From the NCBI GenBank assembly GCA_964416765.1, contig CAYQEU010000001.1, positions 407,253-471,252 of the forward strand: a DNA stretch of 64,000 nucleotides. The letters run 5' to 3'. Origin of the DNA: an uncultured Candidatus Saccharibacteria bacterium. Its GTDB lineage: Bacteria; Patescibacteriota; Doudnabacteria; UBA920. Position numbers and translations under genes: made by a program. This document shows, in pieces, positions 1-10,260 of this stretch (position 1 is its first letter; every line of letters starts with the position of its first letter). Under the pieces are notes generated by a model. That model saw nothing but the letters and a program-made list of their open reading frames with translations, was not told the origin of the DNA and searched no databases.

Positions 1-51
1 CGGCCGCTGACGTTCTTCGGAGCGCTGTTTAACATTTGTTATTATACCGGT

Positions 52-2091
52 TTGACCCTTATTTACACCTTGCTTTCGCCGTTTCTAGCATTGCGGTTTA
101 CTATCAAGGAGTTTATCCGAGACATTAGAAGGACAAGCCAAGATTTGGCCAAGAAGGCAGCAAATTTTAACAAGATCGGCTGGCGAAAATCCATGGCGGT
201 CTTTTTGCTTTTGGTAGTGGTCGGGTGGGGTGGCCTCCATTCGTTGCTGCTGGCAGCTGAAGGGCAGCAGCTTAAAAGCCGCGTACTGGGTGATGCCGAC
301 CTTGGTATTTCTTCCCTGAAAACCGGCAGTCTTCTCATTAACAGCGAGGATCCGGGTGAAGCGCAAAAACATTTCCAAAAGGCGTTGCAAAACTTCGACC
401 AGATCCAAAATGACCTCGAAACTAACAGCGTGGTTTTAAATGGCCTGCTCAAGGTTGTGCCGCAGCGGGGTGACGCGGATAAGCTCACCCAAAGTGCCGA
501 GCTGGTTACGCAAGCTGCCAGCCATATTGCGAACCTATACCAATCAAGCAAAGGGCTAAAAATCACAGCCCAGGGAATTTCGGGCGCCGGGGACAACGGG
601 GAGAGTCTCCGCTCCATACTCGATGAATTTAAGATAGCGAACCAGCAAATTTCCGCCGCCGCGGGATTGCTTCAGGACGTTAACCCTTCGCTTATCCCAG
701 GCGATAAGAAAGAAATTTTTTCACAGGTACAATCCCAGATTAACGACATTCGTGGGACTTTGTCCGTAGCGGGCGAATTGGCAGACCTCGCTGGCAATAT
801 GCTACTGGGGCAAAAGAACATTTTAATCTTATTCGAAAATTCCAACGAACTGCGTCCAACGGGGGGGTTCTTGGGCACGTTCGGCGCAATGGCTCTGGAA
901 AATGGAACCATAAAGCAACTGCATATCTCCAGTATTTATGATTTAGACGGCCAATTGCACGAAGTCATCAACCCGCCGCGCCCCGTGTACGCGGTAAATG
1001 ACCGCTGGTATTTGCGCGATTCTAACTGGTTTGCCGATTTCCCCACAACCGCCAAAAAGATGTCAGAATTTTACCAAAAAGAGGGTGGCAATACTCCGGA
1101 CCAAGTTTGGGCCCTCACCCCTAGCATTGTTGTTGACCTATTGCGCATAACCGGACCCGTGACCCTAACCAATTATGGTGTCACTTTGGATAGCAGTAAT
1201 TTTATCCAACAGACCCAGGTTGAAACTTCGATTAACTATGACAAGAAGCTAAACAAGCCGAAACAATTTTTGGCGGACTTTTTCCCATTGTTTTTGCAAA
1301 AACTTTCCACCTTAAACCCGGAACAAACCATACAGGTTTTAGGGGCGTTTCAGAAGAACCTGGCCGCCAAAGAAATCCTAATGTATTCCTATGATCCCGA
1401 AACACAGAAGCAACTAAGCGCTTTCCACTGGAGCGGGGAAGTGGTTGATACTGACCGCGACTACTTGTCTATTATTAGTGCTAACCTTGGTGGAACTAAA
1501 ACGGACCTGGCCATCCGCCAAACAGCCAGCGTTGTTTCACACATTAGCGATGAGGGGGAAATTATCAATACAGTTACGCTCACGCGGGATAATCCATTTC
1601 CAAAACAGGATACTTTTACAAATAAAAGCTTTGTCCGGTTTTTGGTCCCAAAAGGTTCGACTTTAATTTCAGCTGAGGGTTTTTCCCCTTCGCCCTTGCC
1701 CGATAATCTGCCGAATAAAGGCAGTGTTGACTCCGACGTGGCGCAATGGGAAAGTGGCATGCTGCAAAACGTCGGCAGTGGAACCCTAATAGGCAACGAG
1801 GGCAGTAAAACCTTTTTTGGCAATTGGGTCGTTATAAAGGGAGGGGAGAGAAGCCGGGTAACGCTTACCTATAAACTGCCGTTTACCATTTCATCAACTG
1901 ACCATTATAGCTTATTGTTCCAGCGTCAGACCGGTGTGCCCGAGTACCCTCTCGGCTACCAAGTCTATTACCCCAAGCGTTCAGTCGGGTTTTCAACCAA
2001 AAACCCGAACAACACCGACAGCACATCTTCTACCTATAATCTAATAACCAATTCCGACCTGTTTGTTGGCCTGGTAATAAATAAAAATTGA
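52..2091 (+). CDS. Large membrane-anchored extracytoplasmic protein (DUF4012-like); frame is open to the window edge so the 5' end may lie upstream, or the start may be the ATG at ~193
   Basis: 679-aa ORF with one N-terminal TM helix (AVFLLLVVVGWGGLHSLLLAA) and a conserved-looking GGFLGTFGAMALENG block. TGA stop overlaps the murJ start (ATGA). Confidence 0.55.
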   Translation: MTLIYTLLSPFLALRFTIKEFIRDIRRTSQDLAKKAANFNKIGWRKSMAVFLLLVVVGWGGLHSLLLAAEGQQLKSRVLGDADLGISSLKTGSLLINSEDPGEAQKHFQKALQNFDQIQNDLETNSVVLNGLLKVVPQRGDADKLTQSAELVTQAASHIANLYQSSKGLKITAQGISGAGDNGESLRSILDEFKIANQQISAAAGLLQDVNPSLIPGDKKEIFSQVQSQINDIRGTLSVAGELADLAGNMLLGQKNILILFENSNELRPTGGFLGTFGAMALENGTIKQLHISSIYDLDGQLHEVINPPRPVYAVNDRWYLRDSNWFADFPTTAKKMSEFYQKEGGNTPDQVWALTPSIVVDLLRITGPVTLTNYGVTLDSSNFIQQTQVETSINYDKKLNKPKQFLADFFPLFLQKLSTLNPEQTIQVLGAFQKNLAAKEILMYSYDPETQKQLSAFHWSGEVVDTDRDYLSIISANLGGTKTDLAIRQTASVVSHISDEGEIINTVTLTRDNPFPKQDTFTNKSFVRFLVPKGSTLISAEGFSPSPLPDNLPNKGSVDSDVAQWESGMLQNVGSGTLIGNEGSKTFFGNWVVIKGGERSRVTLTYKLPFTISSTDHYSLLFQRQTGVPEYPLGYQVYYPKRSVGFSTKNPNNTDSTSSTYNLITNSDLFVGLVINKN

Positions 2092-3716
2092 TGTTTAAAC
2101 TCCGTATCCTCGACGATAACTTCTCCATCGGAAAAGCCACCATAATAATCTCCAGCCTCACGCTCTTGTCGCGCGTTGCCGGTTTTGTGCTCAAGCTTTT
2201 ACTTACCCGTGCTTTTGGCGCTGGCGATACCTTAGATATTTACTTAACCGCCTTCCGCATCCCGGACATTCTATATAATCTTCTGATTCTTGGGACCCTA
2301 AGCGCCGCGTTTATTCCCGTGTTCGGGGATTTCCTGCTCAAAGACAAAAGCGAAGCCTACCGAATCGCCAACGGTGTTCTGAACATTTGCCTTGTCGTCA
2401 TGACGTGCATTGCCCTGGTGTTATTCATTTTCCTGCATCCACTGACCCATCTCCTGGTTCCCGGATTTGCCCCAGATAAACTGAACGCCACCGTTTCACT
2501 AACCAGAATAATGTTAATCTCGCCCATTCTGTTCACGGTGTCGAATGTGTTTACCGGCATACTCTCAACTTACAAGCGCTTTTTTATAGTCAACCTCGCG
2601 CCAATTATTTATAACCTCGGAATTATTTTCGGCCTCTTGGTTCTTTACCCTCGTTATGGCCTCACGGGTCTGGGATTCGGCGTATTGATTGGCGCCGCCC
2701 TGCATGGGGCGATTCAAGTGCCCGAACTTTTACGCCATGGTTATTCCTGGCAGCCAGTCTTGCCCTGGAACCATCCAGCTGTAAAAAAGATTTTTAAATT
2801 AATCCTGCCCCGCGTATTTGGACTGGATACTTCTTTTGTTAGCCTAATCGTCGTTTCAGTGATAGGTTCATTCCTTGCCTCGGGATCCATTAGCATTTTT
2901 AACCTGGCTTCCGACTTGCTGGCTTTTCCGGTGGGGATTTTTGCCGTTTCCGTTGCCATAGCGGCTTTCCCTTTATTGACTGAACTCCATAACAAGGGAA
3001 AAGAAGGGGAATTTGTCGCTACTCTGCAAAGAAGCATGCAGCAGATATTATTTTTTGCCGTTCCTTTAACCGTAATTGTATTAATTTTCCGTGCCTATAT
3101 AGTTCGCCTGGCGTATGGCTATGGCCACTTTTCCTGGGAAGATACCACACTAACCTTTACATCCCTGGGTATTTTCAGCCTGGCGTTGTTCAGTCAAAGT
3201 TTAATCCCAATTTTGGCGCGATCATTCTACGCCCGGTACAACACCTGGGTACCTGTCCTAGTAAGCTTATTGAGCTTGGCGGTAAATACTGCGGTGTCAG
3301 CTTTCTTCGCTCCCAAATATGGCGTGACCGGCCTCGCCATGGGGTTTGTTTCCGCCAGCATCTTTAATTGCATAGTACTGCTGGGTTGGCTGCACCATCA
3401 ATTTGCCCAAGACCCCAGGATCCCGGAAGATACGCTGGATAATTTTGATGTGGGGATCATGACTACTATATTAAAATCTGCTTTGGCCAGCATCCCGCTT
3501 GGCCTCGCCAGTTACCTGGTCTTGAAACTGATTGGCCCAAGCTTAGACACCCACAGCATTCTTGGGCTATTTATCCAGTCGGGGTCGGCCGGTCTAGCTG
3601 GGCTGATTGCTTTTTGGCTATCAGCCCGAGCGCTGAAACTGCCCCAAATTGCGACTTTTGAGGGTTATGTAAGGGCAGGCTGGAAAAGATTTGCTCCAAA
3701 AGGTAAAATAGCCTAA
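2088..3716 (+). CDS. murJ: Lipid II flippase MurJ (MviN family)
   Basis: 542-aa polytopic membrane protein. The N-terminus (ATIIISSLTLLSRVAGFVLKLLLTRAFGAGDTLDIYLTAFRIPDILYNL) is typical of MurJ/MviN. ~14 TM segments. Confidence 0.85.
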   Translation: MMFKLRILDDNFSIGKATIIISSLTLLSRVAGFVLKLLLTRAFGAGDTLDIYLTAFRIPDILYNLLILGTLSAAFIPVFGDFLLKDKSEAYRIANGVLNICLVVMTCIALVLFIFLHPLTHLLVPGFAPDKLNATVSLTRIMLISPILFTVSNVFTGILSTYKRFFIVNLAPIIYNLGIIFGLLVLYPRYGLTGLGFGVLIGAALHGAIQVPELLRHGYSWQPVLPWNHPAVKKIFKLILPRVFGLDTSFVSLIVVSVIGSFLASGSISIFNLASDLLAFPVGIFAVSVAIAAFPLLTELHNKGKEGEFVATLQRSMQQILFFAVPLTVIVLIFRAYIVRLAYGYGHFSWEDTTLTFTSLGIFSLALFSQSLIPILARSFYARYNTWVPVLVSLLSLAVNTAVSAFFAPKYGVTGLAMGFVSASIFNCIVLLGWLHHQFAQDPRIPEDTLDNFDVGIMTTILKSALASIPLGLASYLVLKLIGPSLDTHSILGLFIQSGSAGLAGLIAFWLSARALKLPQIATFEGYVRAGWKRFAPKGKIA

Positions 3717-5512
3717 TGAATTCACAAGCCCATACCCGAAATTTCTGCATTATCGCCCATATCGACCACGGTAAAAGCACGCTGGCTGACCGTCTTTTGG
3801 AGATGACCAAGACCGTTACCCAGCGCGAAATGAAAGAACAACTCCTCGACCAAATGGATTTAGAGCGCGAACGAGGCATAACCATTAAACTCCAGCCGGT
3901 CCGTATGAATTATGAGTTCGAAGGGCAGGATTACACCCTTAACCTCATCGACACACCAGGCCACGTTGATTTCAGTTACGAAGTCTCACGGAGTTTGGCC
4001 GCCTGCGAAGGGGCTATTTTGGTTGTGGACAGTACGCAGGGCATTGAAGCGCAGACTTTGGCCAACGCGTACTTGGCTATAGAACACGACCTTACCCTTA
4101 TTCCTGTGGTTAACAAGATTGACCTACCTAATTCTGATCGGCAAAAAACCGCTGCCGAACTTATCAAAGTATTTGGGTTTAAGGAAGAAGAGATTATTTA
4201 CACATCCGGCAAAACCGGCGAAGGCGTGGAAGACCTGATAGTTGAAATTATCCGGCGCGTACCCAAACCAACTGGTGACCCGAGCAAGCCGACACGGGCC
4301 CTGATATTTGATTCTGTCTATGATATCCACCGCGGCGTGATTGCCTTTGTTCGCATGATGGACGGGCAAATTTCCAGCAATCAAAAGATTTTTATGATGG
4401 GTAGCCAAACTAACGCCGAAAGCCTGGAAGTGGGAAATTTCCGGCCGCGCATGGAAAAGTCTAAGGATCTTCCTACGGGATCTGTCGGTTATATCGTAAC
4501 TGGCCTACGTGAGGTAAGCAAAGCGCGGGTAGGAGACACGGTCACTCTTTTTGAAGAGCGGCAGAAAACCACTCCTCTTCCCGGTTACCAGGAAGTCAAA
4601 CCAATGGTGTACGCGGGGATATTCCCAATATCCGGTGATGACTATCCTTTACTGCGGGATGCCATGGAGAAATTAAAGTTAAACGACGCGGCATTAGTGT
4701 TTGACCCTGAAAACATCCCCAGTATTGGTTTTGGGTTTCGTTGTGGGTTTTTGGGACTGCTCCATATGGATATCGTGCAAGAGCGGCTGTCCCGGGAATA
4801 CGACCTTAACCTCATCCTCACTTCACCGAGCGTCGCATACAAAATCATCAAAACCAATGGAGACACTCTTACTATTACCAACCCGGCGCAAATGCCGGAC
4901 CCTACGGTAATCGACGAAATCCAGGAGCCTTGGATGAAAGTCGCCATTCTAACTCCATCCGATTTTATTGGCCCAATTATGGAAATAGTGACCCAGCGCC
5001 GCGGCATCAGCACCACCATAAACTACCTAGGCAGCGACCGGGTGGAAATGCTGTTTGAAATGCCCCTCGCTAATATTATCGTGGATTTTTATGACAAGCT
5101 TAAAAGCGTATCCAGCGGTTACGCCTCACTTAACTATGACTTTATAGAATTGCGCAAAGGCGATTTGGTAAAGATTGATATCTTAATCGGCGGCGAGAAA
5201 GTGGAGGCTTTGTCGGCAATCCAACATAGCGCCACAGCCGACACCACCGCGCGGGAACTTGTCGCCAAACTCAAGACCTTGATTCCCCGGCAGCAGTTCG
5301 AAATTGCCATTCAAGGAGCAATTGGCAGTAAGATCATTGCTCGGGAAACCATCTCAGCCTTGCGCAAAGACGTTACCGGATACCTGTATGGAGGGGACGT
5401 GACCCGTAAAATGAAACTTTTGAATAAACAGAAGGCGGGAAAGAAAAAAATGAAAAAAATCGGCAAAGTGGATATTCCACAAGAGGCTTTCTTGGCAGTA
5501 TTAAGAAAATAG
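3716..5512 (+). CDS. lepA: Elongation factor 4 (LepA)
   Basis: G1 motif NFCIIAHIDHGKSTLADRLL, DTPGHVDF and NKIDLP GTPase motifs, and the LepA C-terminal domain. 598 aa. Confidence 0.95.
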   Translation: MNSQAHTRNFCIIAHIDHGKSTLADRLLEMTKTVTQREMKEQLLDQMDLERERGITIKLQPVRMNYEFEGQDYTLNLIDTPGHVDFSYEVSRSLAACEGAILVVDSTQGIEAQTLANAYLAIEHDLTLIPVVNKIDLPNSDRQKTAAELIKVFGFKEEEIIYTSGKTGEGVEDLIVEIIRRVPKPTGDPSKPTRALIFDSVYDIHRGVIAFVRMMDGQISSNQKIFMMGSQTNAESLEVGNFRPRMEKSKDLPTGSVGYIVTGLREVSKARVGDTVTLFEERQKTTPLPGYQEVKPMVYAGIFPISGDDYPLLRDAMEKLKLNDAALVFDPENIPSIGFGFRCGFLGLLHMDIVQERLSREYDLNLILTSPSVAYKIIKTNGDTLTITNPAQMPDPTVIDEIQEPWMKVAILTPSDFIGPIMEIVTQRRGISTTINYLGSDRVEMLFEMPLANIIVDFYDKLKSVSSGYASLNYDFIELRKGDLVKIDILIGGEKVEALSAIQHSATADTTARELVAKLKTLIPRQQFEIAIQGAIGSKIIARETISALRKDVTGYLYGGDVTRKMKLLNKQKAGKKKMKKIGKVDIPQEAFLAVLRK

Positions 5513-5526
5513 CCAATAATATAGAT

Positions 5527-5913
5527 ATGGCACTCGGGCAAAGGTCAAAAACCAAACAAATACTCTTTTCAAAACCGGTCATCATAGCTTTGGTAATCAT
5601 GGTTATATTTGTTGGCACCTTGGAATTCCAGCAAATCCGCAAACGGCAGCAGTTCAACCGCGAAGTTGCAGCGCTCAAAAAACAGGAGGCGGACCTTATT
5701 CAAAAGAACCAAACCCTGCAAAACGGGTTGGCTTATTTCAATAACGACCAGTATAAGGATATGGTAGCCCGGCAACAGCTAAACCTGCGCAAAGACGGGG
5801 AAATAGTGGTTAATTTCCCGCCCGCCGTGGAACAACAGTCCCAAGCGCCCGCCCCAGCGCCAAAAACTTCGAACCCAACCAAATGGTGGAATTATTTTTT
5901 TAATAAACAGTAA
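5527..5913 (+). CDS. Small bitopic coiled-coil protein, FtsB/DivIC-like septum formation initiator candidate
   Basis: 128 aa with an N-terminal TM helix then coiled-coil heptads (EVAALKKQEADLIQKNQTLQN). Confidence 0.45.
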   Translation: MALGQRSKTKQILFSKPVIIALVIMVIFVGTLEFQQIRKRQQFNREVAALKKQEADLIQKNQTLQNGLAYFNNDQYKDMVARQQLNLRKDGEIVVNFPPAVEQQSQAPAPAPKTSNPTKWWNYFFNKQ

Positions 5914-5918
5914 TTAGC

Positions 5919-6860
5919 ATGAAAAAGCCTCTACACCAACACATTAGAGAAAGTATGACTAAGAAACGACTGCTTCTCGCCGGGGGAATTTTGTTGCTGG
6001 TCATCGCGGTTTTGGTGTCGGGAGGGTTTTGGCTCTATTCCGCTCCTTATTCCTCCGCAAAGATAAAGGCATTTAAAAAATTTGACCTTCCCATAGCCCG
6101 GGTAGGTTCTTACCTTATCGGGGGCCGTGAATTATTTGACCGCTATGATCTGGCCGAACAACTTTATAATGGTTCATCCGGATATGATTCAAGTCAGTCT
6201 CAAGCCCAGATTCTCGACCGTTTGATCGAAATTAAAAAAATGGAAATTATTGCCGGCCAGCGGGGCGTCAAAGTAACCGAAGCGGAACTGGATGCGGAGT
6301 ACGACCGGTTAGCGGGCCAGGCGGGCGGGAACGACGCTTTTGCCGCCACCCTTAAGGACAAGTACCATTTTACCGTTGAGCAGTTTAAGCAAAAAGCCCT
6401 AAAACCCGACGTTGTTAAAACCAACCTCCAGATTAATTTTTACGACGATAAATCTTTAAACCCTGAATTGTATGCCACGCTGGATAAGGTGAATGCCGCG
6501 TTAAGAAGCAATACAGACTTTGCGGAAGTGGCAAAGACTTATTCCGAGGATCCCGCCACCAGCCAGTTCGGCGGCGATAGCGGCATGATTCCGCTCAAAG
6601 ACCTTGCTCCGGAGTTCCAGAAAGAACTTTTGGGAAAACAGCCCAATGATGTCGTAACTGCTAACACAAGGTTCGGGGTATACGTGATCAAGGTAATTAA
6701 CCGTAAGGGCGACGACGGAAATGGGGGAGGCAGTATCCACTTCCAATCCATCTACCTGAACTACGGGAAATTTAGCGCAAAGGAAACCGAATCAGCATTT
6801 TCTAAATGGTATAAAAACCAAACAGCCGCGGTAAAAGTTCAAAAATTTATCAATTTATAA
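5919..6860 (+). CDS. Parvulin-type peptidyl-prolyl cis-trans isomerase (PrsA/SurA-like), membrane anchored
   Basis: N-terminal TM helix. C-terminal parvulin block FAEVAKTYSEDPATSQFGGDSGMIPLKDLAPEFQKELLGKQPNDVVTANTRFGVYVIKV. Confidence 0.7.
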   Translation: MKKPLHQHIRESMTKKRLLLAGGILLLVIAVLVSGGFWLYSAPYSSAKIKAFKKFDLPIARVGSYLIGGRELFDRYDLAEQLYNGSSGYDSSQSQAQILDRLIEIKKMEIIAGQRGVKVTEAELDAEYDRLAGQAGGNDAFAATLKDKYHFTVEQFKQKALKPDVVKTNLQINFYDDKSLNPELYATLDKVNAALRSNTDFAEVAKTYSEDPATSQFGGDSGMIPLKDLAPEFQKELLGKQPNDVVTANTRFGVYVIKVINRKGDDGNGGGSIHFQSIYLNYGKFSAKETESAFSKWYKNQTAAVKVQKFINL

Positions 6861-6866
6861 AAAGCC

Positions 6867-8384
6867 ATGGACGACAACATGTTTCCGCCTGAGCCATACA
6901 AGGGCCCCGACGAACCCAGCGCCAAGCTGGAGATAGAGACCCCTAACGCAATTCCTAATATAGACCCGGCCGCAACGCCGCAACCGGTTAGCGGCTCAAT
7001 ATTCACCCGCATGGGCTGGAAAATACCTACCGCTATAGGTGTGGCTATCTTGCTTTTGGTGGGCTCCGTGGGGTTTGCATATAGCCGGGGTTACACCCTA
7101 AGCGGGTTTAGGTTACTTTCCCCCGAAGCGGTGTGGAATAAATTTTACACTAAGGAATCGTCAAAAATTTACCATGCTAAGTTTACTGCGCAGTATGAGG
7201 ACCCGGAAAGTACTGGTGAGTCCCAGCAAGATTTCGGTTTTACCCTAAAAAACGTCAGACTGTCTTTAGAAGGGAACGCATATGCTGATCTCACGGAAGA
7301 AGATAATCCGGCCATAGACGGCACGGTTAAGTTCACCGCCGGAAGCGGCAGTACTAGCTTTACTAGCGGGGTGGATTACCGAGCTAAAGATGGCGTCTTC
7401 TACTACAAACTCGGCGACATCCCAATTATTAGTGATTTCCTAAAGGGTGATAGCGGACAGAATATAGACTGGGTGAAAGTTAATAGCAAAGATTTGGACA
7501 AATTGTCCGGGGACGATGGTTCTGATATTTTCAAAGACCTAAATAACAACCAAGAATTACAGCAGAAGATCAGACAAATTTGGGTAGACAACCGGGCAAT
7601 ACGTCTCGGAAAATACGTTGGGCGGGAAAAGTTAAATGGCGTAAACACCATGCATTTCCAGGCCGAGTTGGATAGGGGAGCCGCAAAAAAAGCAGTGCTG
7701 GACACCATTACCGCTTTGACCGAGAGTGATAAGGGCAAAATCACCGAAGACGACAAAGCATTAGCCGAAGAAATCACCGACCGGTTCTTTAACAAAATTG
7801 AGATAAAGGAGCTTGACGCTTGGATTGGCAGCGCCGATGATAACCTATACCGATTGCATATGCTAAGCAACGCGCCCTCAGTAGCTTCATTGTTTAAATT
7901 AGCTGCGGACCCCGCTCTGCAAAACGAACCCACGACCCTGGACGAAAAGAAAAAAATGATTGACCAAGTGTTCGATAAGATATCCTTTGATGCCACCTTC
8001 AAGCTCGATGTTGACTACAGTGATTACGGGAAATCCCAGGAGGTGCAGGTGCCGGAAAACGCGTATGACATTTTGGGACAGGCCCAAACCGCTGCCGGGG
8101 ATGCCAAGCGCCTCGCGGATGTACGCCAAATAGCCAGCGCGCTGGAGCTCTACTATAACGACAACAACTGGTATCCTTACGGTTTAAATGACTTGGCACC
8201 GACATACCTAAATACCATACCAACCGCTCCCACCCCCGCAGGGGGCAGTTGCACGGAGACTGATAATACCTATAATTATAAGTACTTTGACTCCAACCAT
8301 TACGAACTTCACTTCTGCTTAGGGGCAAAAACCGGCGGTCTTGAGAAGGGAGCCCACACCTTAAGCCAGGCCGGCATCCAATAA
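6867..8384 (+). CDS. Hypothetical membrane-anchored protein with a C-terminal pseudopilin-like globular domain
   Basis: 505 aa with a single TM helix (~res 55-75). The C-terminal segment AKRLADVRQIASALELYYNDNNWYPYG..LNTIPTAP resembles the GspG/type IV pilin head region. Confidence 0.55.
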   Translation: MDDNMFPPEPYKGPDEPSAKLEIETPNAIPNIDPAATPQPVSGSIFTRMGWKIPTAIGVAILLLVGSVGFAYSRGYTLSGFRLLSPEAVWNKFYTKESSKIYHAKFTAQYEDPESTGESQQDFGFTLKNVRLSLEGNAYADLTEEDNPAIDGTVKFTAGSGSTSFTSGVDYRAKDGVFYYKLGDIPIISDFLKGDSGQNIDWVKVNSKDLDKLSGDDGSDIFKDLNNNQELQQKIRQIWVDNRAIRLGKYVGREKLNGVNTMHFQAELDRGAAKKAVLDTITALTESDKGKITEDDKALAEEITDRFFNKIEIKELDAWIGSADDNLYRLHMLSNAPSVASLFKLAADPALQNEPTTLDEKKKMIDQVFDKISFDATFKLDVDYSDYGKSQEVQVPENAYDILGQAQTAAGDAKRLADVRQIASALELYYNDNNWYPYGLNDLAPTYLNTIPTAPTPAGGSCTETDNTYNYKYFDSNHYELHFCLGAKTGGLEKGAHTLSQAGIQ

Positions 8385-8407
8385 ATCCAGTCCCGCAAGG
8401 GACTCTC

Positions 8408-8481
8408 GCGGGTATCGTATAGTGGTAGTACGCAACCTTCCCAAGGTTAAAGCACGGGTCCGATTCCCGTTACCCGCTCCA
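8408..8481 (+). tRNA. tRNA-Gly (anticodon CCC), CCA encoded
   Basis: Cloverleaf folded by hand. Acceptor gcgggta/tacccgc, anticodon loop ttCCCaa, T-arm gggtccgattcccg, 3' tCCA. Confidence 0.85.
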
Positions 8482-8495
8482 TAAAATATTCAAAT

Positions 8496-9098
8496 ATGAG
8501 ATTAGAAACAGCAGCGGACCGTAATTACGGCGAGTATAAACAAAAAGTTCTAATAGAACAATTGCAGCAACCTGAATACCAGCAGGAGATTGAAGGCAAT
8601 GCGAGGGTTGTTAACTTAGGGAGAGAAACCCCCAATATGCCGGAACACGAAGAGAAGTCCAACGAGCTGGGAAAGGAAATAGTAGATCGCAGACGGCAAA
8701 TCGAAGCGTTAAGGAAAGAGATTGAGCAATTGGAAAATGAACAGCGGGCTATAAGAAACGTACCCGTACTATTTGATACCCCTGATTTTGAAAGCATTTC
8801 CGAGAGCTTGCGTAATCTGGACGCCGCGAACGTTAAGGAAGTCAAGGTCGGGGAAACTGTATATTCCGTGGCCTCTTTACGGGATATTGTGGGCACCGTT
8901 GATGCCTTTTCGCGCCAAATTCGCCAAGATTTCCAGAGCATAACCGATGAAGAGATTGAGACATACTTAGCCCGTAATCAGATCACCCGGCAAAAGATTT
9001 CACCGCACAGCAAGCTGGGTTTTAGGGAATCAATGAAACAGGCTATTCGCAATGACTCCCGCGCCGTAAGAGTGGGATTTGATAAGCTAAAGCATTAA
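8496..9098 (+). CDS. Hypothetical coiled-coil protein
   Basis: 200-aa ORF, charged/coiled-coil rich, no recognisable motif. Confidence 0.45.
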   Translation: MRLETAADRNYGEYKQKVLIEQLQQPEYQQEIEGNARVVNLGRETPNMPEHEEKSNELGKEIVDRRRQIEALRKEIEQLENEQRAIRNVPVLFDTPDFESISESLRNLDAANVKEVKVGETVYSVASLRDIVGTVDAFSRQIRQDFQSITDEEIETYLARNQITRQKISPHSKLGFRESMKQAIRNDSRAVRVGFDKLKH

Positions 9099-9123
9099 CT
9101 ATTACAAACTAGAAAATCCCGAT

Positions 9124-9552
9124 ATGCGGAAAGGCTATGATTACCCCGGTGTGGCAATAGTTTTTTACTGCCATGATGGCAACGGAAACTTTGTTATGTC
9201 TAAGCGTAGCCTGCAAGCTCGTGATGAAAATGGACGTTGGGATATTGGCGGGGGAGGCCTGGAGTTTGGAGACACCGTTGAACAAACTTTGCGCAATGAA
9301 ATTAAACAGGAATATTGCGCCGAGGTCCTAAAATTTGAGTTTCTCGGGTACCGTGATGTTCACAGAGAGCACGAAGGCCAAGCCACCCATTGGATAGCAC
9401 TGGATTTTAAGGTTTTGATTGACCCGGTACAGGTTAAAAACGGGGAGCCCAATAAGTTTGAAGAAGTTAAATTCTTCCGGCTGGAAAGCCTGCCGGAAAA
9501 CATCCATTCACAATTACCCAATTTTCTGCAAATATATAAAGACCTGCTATGA
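9124..9552 (+). CDS. NUDIX hydrolase
   Basis: Nudix box GGGLEFGDTVEQTLRNEIKQEYCAEV (GX5EX7REUXEEXGU pattern). Confidence 0.7.
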   Translation: MRKGYDYPGVAIVFYCHDGNGNFVMSKRSLQARDENGRWDIGGGGLEFGDTVEQTLRNEIKQEYCAEVLKFEFLGYRDVHREHEGQATHWIALDFKVLIDPVQVKNGEPNKFEEVKFFRLESLPENIHSQLPNFLQIYKDLL

Positions 9553-10154
9553 GCCGAGATTTAGAATTCTTATATGAAATAGGGTGCTTGCGGCGCCAGC
9601 AACGAAGCTGGAGCCAATTTTTGTACCCAGACGCAGCTTCCAACACCGATCATACCTTTCGGGTACTTTGGACTTCTTTGATATTGGCAAAGAAAGAGAA
9701 CATTAAGGATACTGAGAAGGTCATGAAAATGGCTTTGGTGCATGATGTCCCGGAAAGCAGGACCGGCGACACCAACTACCTCAGCAGGCAGTATGTGAAA
9801 GAGAATAATCCCCAGGCCTTTGCCGATATCTTTGCCGGAACTATCCTGGAAAAGGAGTTTACGGACCTATGGCATGAGTACGAGACCAGGGAAACCATGG
9901 AGGCCAAGATCGTAAAGGATGCCGATACCCTGGATATTGATTTGGAACTCGCTGAGGCCATGGCCCTAGGAAACCCTCTGGGAGAAATATTCCGAGACCA
10001 TCGCAAACTGGTTGCCAAGATGCTAACCACAAAAGCGGCCAAAGAAATGTGGCAGGAAATTCAGACCTCCGATCCGCACGCATGGCACCTCAACAGTCGC
10101 AACCGGTTTAACGCGGGGGACTGGAATGAATTCAAAATAAATAATAACCTGTAG
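9549..10154 (+). CDS. HD-domain phosphohydrolase (YfbR-like 5'-deoxynucleotidase candidate)
   Basis: H..HD motif (ALVHDVPESRTGD) and a downstream D (KDADTLDIDLE). Start overlaps the upstream stop (ATGA). Confidence 0.7.
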   Translation: MSRDLEFLYEIGCLRRQQRSWSQFLYPDAASNTDHTFRVLWTSLILAKKENIKDTEKVMKMALVHDVPESRTGDTNYLSRQYVKENNPQAFADIFAGTILEKEFTDLWHEYETRETMEAKIVKDADTLDIDLELAEAMALGNPLGEIFRDHRKLVAKMLTTKAAKEMWQEIQTSDPHAWHLNSRNRFNAGDWNEFKINNNL

Positions 10155-10175
10155 TAAGTACAATCAATAAGCCTA

Positions 10176-10251
10176 GCCGGCTTAGCTCATCCGGTAGAGC
10201 AGCGGTATCGTAAACCGCAGGTGGTCGGTTCGAGTCCGACAGCCGGCTCCA
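10176..10251 (+). tRNA. tRNA-Thr (anticodon CGT), CCA encoded
   Basis: Acceptor gccggct/agccggc, anticodon stem-loop gcggt-atCGTaa-accgc, T-loop ggttcgagtcc, 3' tCCA. Confidence 0.85.
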
Positions 10252-10260
10252 TTTTTATCC

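Noticed and set aside
63-2091. Numerous 60-190-aa ORFs antisense to or overlapping large conserved genes throughout the window (e.g. 63-617 -, 1461-1823 -, 11352-11939 -, 15958-16389 -)
   Set aside because: They are shadow ORFs with no independent expression signals. In every case the opposite or alternate frame encodes a recognisable conserved protein.
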